Shown piece after piece: positions 11,568 through 20,811 of a stretch of DNA of 64,000 bases (position 1 is its first letter; each line of letters begins with the position of its first letter). Origin of the DNA: Longimicrobiales bacterium. Its GTDB lineage: Bacteria > Gemmatimonadota > Gemmatimonadetes > Longimicrobiales > Gaopeijiaceae. Both the position numbers and the translations under genes were made by a program. A model generated the notes under the pieces. That model was given only the letters and a program-made list of their open reading frames with translations, was not told the DNA's origin and searched no databases. The stretch lies in contig OZ242008.1 of NCBI GenBank assembly GCA_965204735.1, forward strand, positions 2,624,001-2,688,000, written 5' to 3'.

Positions 11568-11902
11568 CGGGCTGCGACCACTCCTGGGCTGGATGGGCTG
11601 GAGAACGCCGGGCGCGGGGGACGAAAGGCGGGAGGTGCTCCCGCGCCCGGCCCGGCTCCGGGGCGCCGACTCGGCTCCGGGGGCGCCCGACTCCAAGAAA
11701 GATTGCCGCCGGCCCCCGCGGAAGGTCAATGGTCCTTACGCGGAGGGCGAGCCGTGGGCTTGGCATTGTCGCGGCAGACTTCAGCCGCGCAATGCCACGG
11801 CGGAGGTCGAGCCGTGGCGCCCAGCACCGCTCGGCCGAGCAGACCGCCGGGAAGGTCGAGCGGTCCCGGTCCCCGCCCGGCGGCGCTCTCGTCGGGCGCG
11901 GG

Positions 11903-12823
11903 CTACTCGACCGTGCCCGATGCGGTCGTCTCTTCGCCGTCCCTCCAGATGCGGAACCGAATCTCGTCGCCTTCCTCGTAGGAACGGAGGATGCGGCGGA
12001 ACTCCTCCTCGTCCTCCACCTCCCGGCCGTCGATTCCGACCACCACGTCGCCGGGGCGCAGCCCCAGGGCCGAGGCGTCGTCCGCGTCCGCCACCAGAAC
12101 TCCCGTCTCGATCCCGAAGTAGGCCCCGAGCTCCGGATTCATCGCCACCAGGTCCAGCCCGTGAACGCGGCCTCGCCCAATGCGCAAGACGGCGTTGAAG
12201 TCCGACATGTCCGGGGCTTGGAGGCGCTGCATGCGGATGGTCCAGTTGCGGCTGTCCCGAAGCCGGTCCCCCAAGTCGCGAAGGCGCTCCGGGTAGTCGG
12301 GCCCGAAGCCGGACCACCTGGCGTCGCCCGTCCACTCCCACTCCTCCGGCGTCGCCGCAAGGGTCAGCTCCTCGCCGTCGCGGCGCACGACCAGCTCCAC
12401 GGCCTCGCCCGCTTCGGCGTCCTTCAGCAGGGCGATCAGCCGCTGAGCCGGAAAGGAGCGCTCGTCCTCGAACTCCCGTTCGACGGCCTCGTCCAAGGGA
12501 AGGCCCAGACCGCGACCGTCGAAGGACACGATCACGTCGCCGGCCTCTACCCCCGCCTCCGCCGCGGGACCGCCGGAGCGGACCCCGCTCACGCGCACGC
12601 CGACGGAGTCCAGCTCGCGCTCCATCTCCATGGAGAGCAGCACGCCCAGCACGGGGGGGCGCCGGCCGTCGAAGAACCCCGACGGCGCCCGCGCCGCTCC
12701 CTGTCGTGCCCGTCGCCGATCTTCCTCCTGGGCCGACGCGAGCGCCGATGCGCCACCGATCCCCCAGGCAAGGACCAGTGCTCCCGCCACGCCGACCCGT
12801 CCCAGCTTCGCCGTTCCCTTCAT
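11903..12823 (-). CDS. Exported PDZ-domain protein (two PDZ domains)
   Basis: Signal peptide; [19 protein letters not shown] and [19 protein letters not shown] upstream of ATG 12823. Confidence 0.85.
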   Translation of the reverse strand: MKGTAKLGRVGVAGALVLAWGIGGASALASAQEEDRRRARQGAARAPSGFFDGRRPPVLGVLLSMEMERELDSVGVRVSGVRSGGPAAEAGVEAGDVIVSFDGRGLGLPLDEAVEREFEDERSFPAQRLIALLKDAEAGEAVELVVRRDGEELTLAATPEEWEWTGDARWSGFGPDYPERLRDLGDRLRDSRNWTIRMQRLQAPDMSDFNAVLRIGRGRVHGLDLVAMNPELGAYFGIETGVLVADADDASALGLRPGDVVVGIDGREVEDEEEFRRILRSYEEGDEIRFRIWRDGEETTASGTVE

Positions 12824-13001
12824 CCTTCGTCCTCCCTCTGTCTTGAATTGAAGCGTCATGCAGCGACCTGAAGCCTGTCTTGAAGCGACTTCCGGCTGCG
12901 AACAATGGGACGCGGGAAAGGCGAAGAAGAGTTGTCCGCTTCTGTCGGGGGAAGGGAAGTCTCTGTTGGGGAAGGGGGGAGGGGCTCTCGGGAAAGTGGG
13001 A

Positions 13002-13100
13002 AAGTGGTGGCAAAATGGTAGTAAAATGATAGCAAAATGGTAGTAAAATGGAGGCATTATGGTAGTGTAATGGTGGCAAAACGGTAGTAGAACGGTTGTC
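13002..13100 (+). repeat. Non-coding array of 9 degenerate 11-bp units (consensus AAATGGT[A/G]G[C/T]A), copy 1
   Basis: AAGTGGTGGCA AAATGGTAGTA AAATGATAGCA AAATGGTAGTA AAATGGAGGCA TTATGGTAGTG TAATGGTGGCA AAACGGTAGTA GAACGGTTGTC. Confidence 0.95.
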
Positions 13101-13285
13101 CTGCATCACGGGGGTCAGCCCCAGAGGCGACGAAAAAAAATCTGTCCCATCCAGCCATGGAAATGGCGCATCCTCGGTGAGACACTGAGGACCAGGGCCG
13201 GAGACCGTCCCGGCCAGCTTCGGGGGAACTCCGTCCGCGACGCCTCCGAAGCGCCTCTCGTCTCGGACGCACTGGAGCCGCCGCC

Positions 13286-14491
13286 ATGGACCCTTCCACC
13301 AGCGAACCACCCTCTCTCCCCACGACGGGACGCCGCCGCCACGACCAGAGCTACAAGCGCCTCTTCAACACGACGGGCGGCGGCGTGGCCCTCGTCCGCG
13401 ACCTCGCGGCCATGGGCTGGGCCGACGAGTTCGACCTGCCGGCCGCCGACCCCTTCCCCACCGAGACCGTGGGCCCCGACCTGCGACGCCGGCTCTGCGA
13501 CTGCGCTTGGCGCGTCCGGTTCAAGGACGGTCGATCGGCGGTCCTCCTCTTCGAGTTCCAGTCCTCCGTCGATCCGGGCATGGTCCTCAGGACGCTGCGC
13601 TACACCGAGGCCGCCTACACGGTGCTGCACACGCTCGAGCGCCAGCGCGACCCCGACGGCGCCATGCCCCTCGTGCTCTCGTTCGTCGTCTACACCGGCA
13701 CGAGGCCATGGACGGCCGAGACGACGCTGGCCGGGCTGGCCAGCAGGCAAGAGCCGTCGCCGGTCGTGGCGCAGGCGGTCGCTGGCTTGGCGACCACTCA
13801 CGGCTACGGGCTGCTTGACTTGCGGTCGGCGCTGGCGCAAGGGTTGCTTCCCAGCGAGAGCGTGCTGGGCTGGGTCGCGGCACTGGAGGAGGACCCGTGG
13901 ACGAACTTTCCGGCGGTGCACCAGAGCATGGCGGAGCAGTGGGCCGGCCCGGACTATCTTCCAGAGCGGCAGGCGTTCGCGGACTGGACGGACGAGCGGC
14001 TGCGTGTGGCGGGGGTGCCGGAGGAGGCACGTCAGGACATCGTGGAGCAGATCATCCAACCGAAGGAGGAGAAAGAGATGGGCCAGACCTATGCGGAGTG
14101 GGCGGAGGGCCACCGGCAGCGGGGACTCGAGCAGGGGCTCCAGCAAGGACTCGAGCAGGGACTCGAGAAGGGGCTCGAACGGGGACTTGAGCAGGGACTC
14201 GAGCAGGGGCTCGAACGGGGACTTGAGCAGGGACTCGAGCAGGGACGTGAGCAGGGACGTGAGCAGGGGCTCGAACGGGGGCTCGAGCGGGGTCGCGCGG
14301 AGGGCCGAGCGGTCTTGCTGCTGCGTCAGGCTTCGCGGCGGTTCGGGGCCCAGACGGCGCGACGGCTGGAGAAGCGGGTGCGCTCCATGAGCGCCGAGCA
14401 GCTGGCGCGGGTCGGGGACGCGGTCGTGGAGTGCGACACTGCCGACGACTTCCTGGCCGTGGCCGGCGACGGCGACGCGGAGGGGCGGTAG
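13286..14491 (+). CDS. Rpn-family recombination-promoting nuclease / YhgA-like PD-(D/E)XK protein
   Basis: HDQSYKRLF, RRLCD, LFEFQS motifs; (GLEQ)n repeat; C-terminal RRFG...A helical domain. Confidence 0.88.
   Translation: MDPSTSEPPSLPTTGRRRHDQSYKRLFNTTGGGVALVRDLAAMGWADEFDLPAADPFPTETVGPDLRRRLCDCAWRVRFKDGRSAVLLFEFQSSVDPGMVLRTLRYTEAAYTVLHTLERQRDPDGAMPLVLSFVVYTGTRPWTAETTLAGLASRQEPSPVVAQAVAGLATTHGYGLLDLRSALAQGLLPSESVLGWVAALEEDPWTNFPAVHQSMAEQWAGPDYLPERQAFADWTDERLRVAGVPEEARQDIVEQIIQPKEEKEMGQTYAEWAEGHRQRGLEQGLQQGLEQGLEKGLERGLEQGLEQGLERGLEQGLEQGREQGREQGLERGLERGRAEGRAVLLLRQASRRFGAQTARRLEKRVRSMSAEQLARVGDAVVECDTADDFLAVAGDGDAEGR
14078..14491 (+). CDS. Putative intragenic small protein (RpnS-like antitoxin) from in-frame internal start
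   Basis: AAGGAGGA-GAAAGAG-ATG at 14063-14080, in frame with rpn, just before the repeat region. Confidence 0.6.
   Translation: MGQTYAEWAEGHRQRGLEQGLQQGLEQGLEKGLERGLEQGLEQGLERGLEQGLEQGREQGREQGLERGLERGRAEGRAVLLLRQASRRFGAQTARRLEKRVRSMSAEQLARVGDAVVECDTADDFLAVAGDGDAEGR
14123..14302 (+). repeat. 12-bp coding tandem repeat, about 15 units of G(L/R)E(Q/R/K)
   Basis: Includes an exact 36-bp duplication at 14171-14206 and 14207-14242. Confidence 0.95.
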
Positions 14492-14597
14492 CGGACGGAG
14501 GCGACGCCAAGCCGTCGCTTCCCAAGCTGGACAAAGCCGACAGGGGCCGCACCGCTGGGCTGACCCCAACGCTCGCCCACACCACCACTAGACTAGA

Positions 14598-16145
14598 CTA
14601 GAGCGGGATGTTTCCGTGCTTCTTCGGAGGGTTGGAGTCCCGCTTGGCGGAGAGCATGTCGAGGGCGTTGATCAGTCGGGGACGCGTTTCCCGAGGGTCG
14701 ATCACGTCGTCCAGGTAGCCTCGGGCCGCGGCCTCGTAGGGGTGGGCGAACTTCTCCCGGTACTCGGCCATCCTCGCCTCGGTGGCGGCCGCCGGGTCGT
14801 CGGAGGCGGCGATCTCCTTCCGGAAGAGGATCTCGACGGCCCCCTTGGGACCCATCACGGCGATCTCGGCGGAGGGCCAAGCCAAGTTCACGTCGCCTCG
14901 GACGTGCTTGGAATTCATTACGTCGTAGGCGCCGCCGTACGCCTTGCGGGTGACGACCGTCGCCTTCGGGACCGTCGCTTCGCAGAAGGCGTACAGGAGC
15001 TTGGCGCCGTGGCGGATGATCCCGCCGTGTTCCTGGCTGGTGCCGGGCAGGAACCCGGGCACGTCCTCGAAGACGACCAGAGGGAGGTTGAAGGCGTCGC
15101 AGAACCGCACGAAGCGGGCCCCCTTGTCGGAGGCGTCGATGTCCAGCACGCCTGCCAGCGCCGCCGGCTGATTGGCCACGACGCCCACCGCATGACCGCC
15201 CAAGTGGGCGAACCCGGTCACCAAGTTCCGGGCGAAGCCTGCGTGGACTTCGTAGAAGACCCCGTCGTCCACGACTGCGCGGATCACGTCCAGCACGTCG
15301 TAGGGGTGGTTGGCGTTCTCGGGGACGATCTCCAGGAGCGCCGGGTCCCGCCGGTCGTGGGGGTCTGTGCCGTCGCCGGCGGGCGGTCGTTCGGCGTTGT
15401 TTTGGGGGATGTAGCGGAACAGCTCCCTGACGGCGTCCAGGCTTTCGGCCTCCGTGTCGTGGGCGAAGTGCGCCACGCCCGAAGTCTCGGCGTGGACGTC
15501 GGCCCCCCCCAGGCCCTCCATGTCCACGTCCTCGTGAGTCACCGCCTTCACCACGCCCGGCCCCGTGACGAACATGAAGCTGGTCCCCCGCACCATGTAC
15601 ACGAAGTCGGTGATCGCCGGCGAATAGACGGCGCCCCCGGCGCACGGACCCAGCACGACGCTGATCTGGGGGATCACCCCGGACGCCAGCGTGTTGCGCA
15701 GGAAGATGTCGGCATAGCCCCCCAGCGACACGACGCCCTCCTGGATGCGCGCGCCCCCGGAGTCGTTGAGGCCCACCAGCGGCGCCCCGTTCTTCAGCGC
15801 CATCTCCTGCACCTTCACGATCTTCTCGGCGTGGGCTTCGCTGAGGGAGCCGCCGAAGACTGTGAAGTCCTGGGAGAAGACGTACACCAGACGTCCGCGG
15901 ATCGTGCCCCAGCCGGTGACCACCCCGTCGCCCAGAACCTTCTTGTCGGCCAAGCCGAACTCGCTGCAGCGATGGGTGACGAATCGGTCCAGCTCCACGA
16001 AGGACTCGGCGTCCAGGAGAAGGTCCAGACGCTCCCTGGCCGACAGCTTGCCGCGCCGGCGCTGGGCCTCCAGGCGAGCCTCGCCTCCGCCCAGCGCCGA
16101 TTCGCGCCGGAGCGCCTCCAGACGCTCCAGGGCAGCGCGGCTCAT
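14598..16145 (-). CDS. pccB: Acyl-CoA (propionyl-CoA) carboxylase carboxyltransferase beta subunit
   Basis: [51 protein letters not shown]. Confidence 0.96.
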   Translation of the reverse strand: MSRAALERLEALRRESALGGGEARLEAQRRRGKLSARERLDLLLDAESFVELDRFVTHRCSEFGLADKKVLGDGVVTGWGTIRGRLVYVFSQDFTVFGGSLSEAHAEKIVKVQEMALKNGAPLVGLNDSGGARIQEGVVSLGGYADIFLRNTLASGVIPQISVVLGPCAGGAVYSPAITDFVYMVRGTSFMFVTGPGVVKAVTHEDVDMEGLGGADVHAETSGVAHFAHDTEAESLDAVRELFRYIPQNNAERPPAGDGTDPHDRRDPALLEIVPENANHPYDVLDVIRAVVDDGVFYEVHAGFARNLVTGFAHLGGHAVGVVANQPAALAGVLDIDASDKGARFVRFCDAFNLPLVVFEDVPGFLPGTSQEHGGIIRHGAKLLYAFCEATVPKATVVTRKAYGGAYDVMNSKHVRGDVNLAWPSAEIAVMGPKGAVEILFRKEIAASDDPAAATEARMAEYREKFAHPYEAAARGYLDDVIDPRETRPRLINALDMLSAKRDSNPPKKHGNIPL

Positions 16146-16149
16146 CGGA

Positions 16150-17700
16150 TCAGCGGCCGACGGGAGCCCGGGCGCCGGGACCGGCGTCGGCGGGGACCAC
16201 TCCGGCTTCCTGCGGTTCCAGCGGGTGGACGGCGCCGTCGAGGAGCCGCACCGGAAAGAACTCCTTCGTCAGGGAGCCGCCCGCGGCCGAGTAGGCGCCG
16301 GTCGCGCCCTCGAAGCGGTGGAGTCCGGCCAGCGCCGCGGCTGGACCCGCCCCGGTGCGCGCGCGCTCGGCCCAAGCGGCCAAGGCGATCCGGAGGAGGT
16401 CGAAGCCGGCGGCGGGAACGGGGCTGCGAAGCGCCTTTTGCAGGTGGTCCTCGTAGGCGGCCGTGAACTCGGCCGACCGCTCCGAAGTCGATCCGGGAGG
16501 GACCGCGCTGACCGCCACGACGTGGTCGGTGTGGCGCCGGTCGACCTCTTCCAGCACTCGCGGATCCGTCCAGCCCGCCGTTCCCGCGACCTGGATGTCC
16601 GTGTCGTCGAGCTCGAAGAACGATATCTGGGGCGCCAGCAGCAGCAGGTCCTCGGGAGGCGCCAGGACGACCAGGAGTTCCGGGGCCATGAGCCCGGCTT
16701 CGCGAAGGGGCTCTTCGAAGGTGGTGGTCCCGGGCTCGTAGGCGATCCTGCGGGCGAAGCCGCCCGCGCCGGCGAACTCGTCGAGGAAGGCGGCGGCCTC
16801 CATGGAGCGAGCCGGGCTGCGGGAGTGGACGACGAGGGCGTCGACGTAGCCCAGGCCGGAGAGCGCCGCCGCCAGCGTGCGCGCCGCGGAGGGGCCGCCG
16901 GCCGCGAGGCTGTGGACGCCGAGGCGGCCCGGCGGAAGAAGTCGGGCGGTGGGCGAGAAGAGAGGCACGTCGTCGGGCAGAACGTCCGCGACGGCGGTCA
17001 AGTTGTCGCCGGCGAGGGGACCCAGGACGGCGGCAACCCCTCGGGCCGCCAGAGCCGACGCCGCCTGGGCGCTGCCGTACGCCGTGCCCCTGCCGTCCTC
17101 GACCACCAGCTCGACCGCCATGCCGCCCTGCCGAGCCAGCGCGACGCCCACCTGAACGCCCTCCAGGAAGAGGTCCGCGTACTCCTGGTCCCGCGGCCTG
17201 CCCGTCAAGGGGAGCACGACGCCTACGACGGGCGGGGCCACTTGCGCGTCCAGGGCGTCGGCGCCCGCCGTCCGCGCCTGAGCGGCGTAGCGTTGCGAGA
17301 CTCCGGCTTCGCCAGAGAGCGCGAACCGCAGGGCCAGCTCGGCGGCGACTGCGCCGAAGCGCGGGTCGCGGAAGCGCACGTACCCCGAGTCCGCCATGCC
17401 GGCCAGCTCCTCGACTGCGTGACGACCCAGGCGCGACACTGCCGCGGCCACGCGCTCGGTCGCCCGGGCGGTCCGGTCCCCCGGAGGAAGCGCAAGGAAG
17501 GCGCGAGCGGCTTCGCGGTACCTGGCTGCCCTGAAGAGGGTCTCCGCCGGCTCGTCCACCGTGTCGCGGGACTCGGCCGGCGCAAGGGAAGCCGCTTGGT
17601 CGCCGGAAGACGGCGGACCCGAGTCGCGCGGGTGAACCGCTCCCGCCGCGCAGCCCAGCGCCCAGCCGACCAGCAGCAACCCGAGCGGTCTCGCCTTCAC
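16150..17700 (-). CDS. LpoA-like / type I periplasmic-binding-fold lipoprotein (penicillin-binding protein activator family)
   Basis: Lipobox-like [29 protein letters not shown] motifs; start position inferred (GTG 17700). Confidence 0.7.
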   Translation of the reverse strand: MKARPLGLLLVGWALGCAAGAVHPRDSGPPSSGDQAASLAPAESRDTVDEPAETLFRAARYREAARAFLALPPGDRTARATERVAAAVSRLGRHAVEELAGMADSGYVRFRDPRFGAVAAELALRFALSGEAGVSQRYAAQARTAGADALDAQVAPPVVGVVLPLTGRPRDQEYADLFLEGVQVGVALARQGGMAVELVVEDGRGTAYGSAQAASALAARGVAAVLGPLAGDNLTAVADVLPDDVPLFSPTARLLPPGRLGVHSLAAGGPSAARTLAAALSGLGYVDALVVHSRSPARSMEAAAFLDEFAGAGGFARRIAYEPGTTTFEEPLREAGLMAPELLVVLAPPEDLLLLAPQISFFELDDTDIQVAGTAGWTDPRVLEEVDRRHTDHVVAVSAVPPGSTSERSAEFTAAYEDHLQKALRSPVPAAGFDLLRIALAAWAERARTGAGPAAALAGLHRFEGATGAYSAAGGSLTKEFFPVRLLDGAVHPLEPQEAGVVPADAGPGARAPVGR

Positions 17701-17708
17701 GTCCAGGG

Positions 17709-19670
17709 TCAGGACTCGGCCGGGCTGGTCTCCGCGTCCCCGGGAGACGCCTCCTCGCCCTCCGCCGCATCGTCGTCGGATTCCCCGGCGTCCGCGTTCA
17801 CCTCTTCCGACGCCGGGCCCTCGGCGGGGGCGTCTGCTTCCGCGGGCGCATCCGTCGGGACCTCGCCCGCTTCGCCTTCCTCCGGCGCTGGTTCGTCCTC
17901 CGGCGCTTCGACGGCCGACGCCGGTTCCGCCTCTTCTGCCGGCGGTTCCCCGTCCGGCGCCGGAGCCTGCTTCCGCTGCCGCTTCGGCGGCTTCAGGACC
18001 TCCAGCACGATCCGCCGCTCCATGGCGTCGGACGCCATCACCCTGACGGGCACGGTCTCGCCGGCCCTGTAGTACTCTTCCAGCGCGTCGGCGTCCACGC
18101 CCGCGTGGGAGCCGGGGACGAAGCCCTCCACGTCGTCGCCCAGGTCCACCACCACGCCGCTGTCCTGTATCCTTGCCACCGCGCCGTCCTGCTCGTGTCC
18201 CCTGGACAGGCGGGCGACCAAGACCGGCCACGGGTCTTCGTGCAGCTGCTTGATCCCCAAGGAGATCCGCTTGTTGTCGGCGTCCACGTCCAGCACCATC
18301 ACTTCGGTCTCGTCGCCCTTGCGGACCATCTCCGAAGGGTGCTCCACGCGCCTTGTCCAGCTCATGTCCGAGACGTGGACCAAGCCGTCGATCCCGGGCT
18401 CGATCTCCACGAACGCTCCGAACGAGGTCAGGTTGCGGACGGTTCCCGTCAGCTTGGCGCCCGAGGGGTACTTCGCCGGCAGCCCCAGCCACGGGTCTTC
18501 CTCGATCTGCTTCATCCCTAGGGAGATCTTCTCCTCCTTGGAGTCCACCCTGAGGATCACGGACTCGATCACGTCGCCGATCGACACCAGCTTCGACGGA
18601 TGGCGCACGTTGCGCGTCCAAGACATCTCCGAGATGTGGACCAGCCCCTCGACGCCCTTCTGAAGCTCCACGAAGGCGCCGTAGTTGGTGATCGAGACGA
18701 CCTTGCCCCGAACCCTGGCTCCCACCGGGTACCGCTCGGCGATGTCGGTCCACGGGTAGGGCATGAGCTGCTTGAGCCCCAGGGAGAGACGCTCCCGGTC
18801 CCAGTCGATGTCCAGAACCTTCACGTCCATGACGTCGCCGATTCCGACGAGCTCGGTGGGGTGGCCGACGCGGCCCCAGGACATGTCGGTGATGTGAAGG
18901 AGTCCGTCCATCCCGCCCAGGTCTATGAAGGCGCCGAAGTCGGTGATGTTCTTGACGACGCCCTCCCGCACTTGGCCGACGAGAAGCTCCTTGACCAGCG
19001 TCGAGCGCTGCTTCTTCCTTTCCCGCTCCAGGAGGATCCGCCGAGAAACGACGATGTTCCGCCGGCGCTTGTTGAGCTTGATGATCTTGAACTCGTAGGT
19101 CTCGCCGATCAGGTCCTCGATGTTGGGAACCCGACGCAGGGCGATCTGCGACCCCGGGAGGAAGGCGTCCACGCCCATGATGTCCACGGTGACCCCGCCC
19201 TTGATCTTCCGGCTCAGGAGGCCCTTCACCGGCCGGTCGTTGTCGTAGGCGTCGCGGATCAGCTCCCAGACCCGCAGGAAGTCGGCCTTCTTCTTCGAGA
19301 GGACGACCACGCCGTCGTCGTCCTCGAGGCTCTCGAGAAGGACTTCGACTTCCTCGCCCGGCTCGACCGACTCCGCGTCCTTGAACTCGTCGAGCGAGAC
19401 CGCGCCTTCGCTCTTGAAGCCGAACTCCAGGATGACGGTGGCCTCGGTGGTCCGCAGGACCCTGGCCTTGACGATCTGTCCTTCCCGGATGTCGCCGCGG
19501 GCGGTCTGATGGGCGTCGAGGAGCGCCTCGAAGTCGGCGCGGGAGACGTCGAGAACTTCCTGGCCGAACGGGTCGTGCAGAAGCTCGGGGGAGAGAGTGT
19601 CCGGCAAGAGGCCGCTGGAACCCTCCGACTCGGGGTTCTCCGGCAACGGGGATTCTGGTGTCTGGCTCAT
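17709..19670 (-). CDS. rpsA: 30S ribosomal protein S1
   Basis: Six S1 repeats (AFLPGSQ, FGAFIDLGG, GLVHISEMSW) plus long acidic tail. Confidence 0.97.
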   Translation of the reverse strand: MSQTPESPLPENPESEGSSGLLPDTLSPELLHDPFGQEVLDVSRADFEALLDAHQTARGDIREGQIVKARVLRTTEATVILEFGFKSEGAVSLDEFKDAESVEPGEEVEVLLESLEDDDGVVVLSKKKADFLRVWELIRDAYDNDRPVKGLLSRKIKGGVTVDIMGVDAFLPGSQIALRRVPNIEDLIGETYEFKIIKLNKRRRNIVVSRRILLERERKKQRSTLVKELLVGQVREGVVKNITDFGAFIDLGGMDGLLHITDMSWGRVGHPTELVGIGDVMDVKVLDIDWDRERLSLGLKQLMPYPWTDIAERYPVGARVRGKVVSITNYGAFVELQKGVEGLVHISEMSWTRNVRHPSKLVSIGDVIESVILRVDSKEEKISLGMKQIEEDPWLGLPAKYPSGAKLTGTVRNLTSFGAFVEIEPGIDGLVHVSDMSWTRRVEHPSEMVRKGDETEVMVLDVDADNKRISLGIKQLHEDPWPVLVARLSRGHEQDGAVARIQDSGVVVDLGDDVEGFVPGSHAGVDADALEEYYRAGETVPVRVMASDAMERRIVLEVLKPPKRQRKQAPAPDGEPPAEEAEPASAVEAPEDEPAPEEGEAGEVPTDAPAEADAPAEGPASEEVNADAGESDDDAAEGEEASPGDAETSPAES

Positions 19671-20049
19671 GGTTGCGTGCTTCGCGGGCTCCCGGACGGG
19701 ACCCGCGCTCCAGGTTGACCTCGTCCGGCCCTGTGCGAATCCAGGCGGGCGGACCGGGCTGAATGGACGGACCAGCTTGCCGGAGCCGTCCCGCTGCGGG
19801 GCTCCGGGGTCGTCTGTCGGGTCGCGGTCCTGCTCTGCACGGCCACAGGGGGGACCGAGACGGAAAGACTTGAAAGATAACCGCCTTGATGCGACACGTT
19901 CAAGCGGCAGGGAGGAAGCGCCCTGCTGCCATGCACGTGAGCGACCCCTTACGGCGGATATCCTCGGATGGTTTCGGCCGCGCCTGCGCGTGGTCTGGCC
20001 GCCCGAGAGCGGGGCGACGCGGCGGGCGCGTTCCGGGCGCCTGCGTCGT

Positions 20050-20811
20050 CTAGGCCGGGCGCCGCGCCACGAGGAAGCCTCGGTCCTTCACGAGCTCGAC
20101 GATCTGGTCGACCTGCTCCTCGGGGCTCGAACGGGTGGTGTCGAGGCGGACGGCGGACGGCGCGGCCGCCAGGGGCGCGGTCTGCCGCGACGAGTCCTGG
20201 ACGTCGCGACGGCGCAGTCGGGCGGCCTCGGCTTCTATCCGTTCGGCGGAGGGGGCGCGCTGGCCGGTCTGAAGCAGGCGGCGTCGAGCCCGCACTCGGG
20301 CGTCGGCCACCAGAAAGACCTTCACTTGGGCTTCGGGGAAGACGACGGTTCCCATGTCGCGTCCCTCGGCCACCAGACCCGGGCCCTGGGCCGCGGACCG
20401 CTGGAGCGCCAGCAGGCGTTCGCGCACGGCCGGAACGCTGGACACCGGCGAGACCGCGTCCGTGACCTTCTCGGTCCGAAGCTCCCGGTTCGGGATGCGT
20501 CGTCCGGCGGCCCAGACCTGCATCGACCGGCCCTGCCACTTCACGCGGAGGCGCAGGGCGTCCAGATCGGACTCGGCGACCTGCTCCAGGGCGCGCGCCT
20601 CCAGGCCCGAGTCCAGAAGGCGCAGCGCGACGGCTCGGTAGATCGCGCCCGAGTCCAGGTGGCGGAAGCCGAGTCGGTCGGCCACGCCCTTGGCGGTCGA
20701 CGACTTGCCGGCGCCGGCGGTGCCGTCGACGGCGACGACGAAGCAGGCGGACGGGGACCGACGGGGGGGCCTCGCCGACGGACCCGGGCGGCCGGGGTCG
20801 CCCGTGCTCAC
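20050..20811 (-). CDS. cmk: Cytidylate kinase
   Basis: VAVDGTAGAGKSS, LDSGAIYR, EGRDMGTVVFP, RRDVQD; GTG 20811 overlaps aroA stop. Confidence 0.95.
   Translation of the reverse strand: MSTGDPGRPGPSARPPRRSPSACFVVAVDGTAGAGKSSTAKGVADRLGFRHLDSGAIYRAVALRLLDSGLEARALEQVAESDLDALRLRVKWQGRSMQVWAAGRRIPNRELRTEKVTDAVSPVSSVPAVRERLLALQRSAAQGPGLVAEGRDMGTVVFPEAQVKVFLVADARVRARRRLLQTGQRAPSAERIEAEAARLRRRDVQDSSRQTAPLAAAPSAVRLDTTRSSPEEQVDQIVELVKDRGFLVARRPA

Noticed and set aside
7909..11766. 1285-aa ORF as a giant mutase fusion
   Set aside because: The N-terminal part is an off-frame shadow of pccA; the mutase starts at GTG 9462
13002..13100. CRISPR array interpretation of the 11-bp arrays and other tandem repeats
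   Set aside because: Units are contiguous with no unique spacers, too short, and no cas genes are in the window
12858..13323. Small ORFs across the 11-bp arrays (e.g. MPPFYYHF..., KWWQNG..., also near 57600-57790)
   Set aside because: An 11-bp period is not codon-compatible and the ORF context differs between the two copies; treated as non-coding
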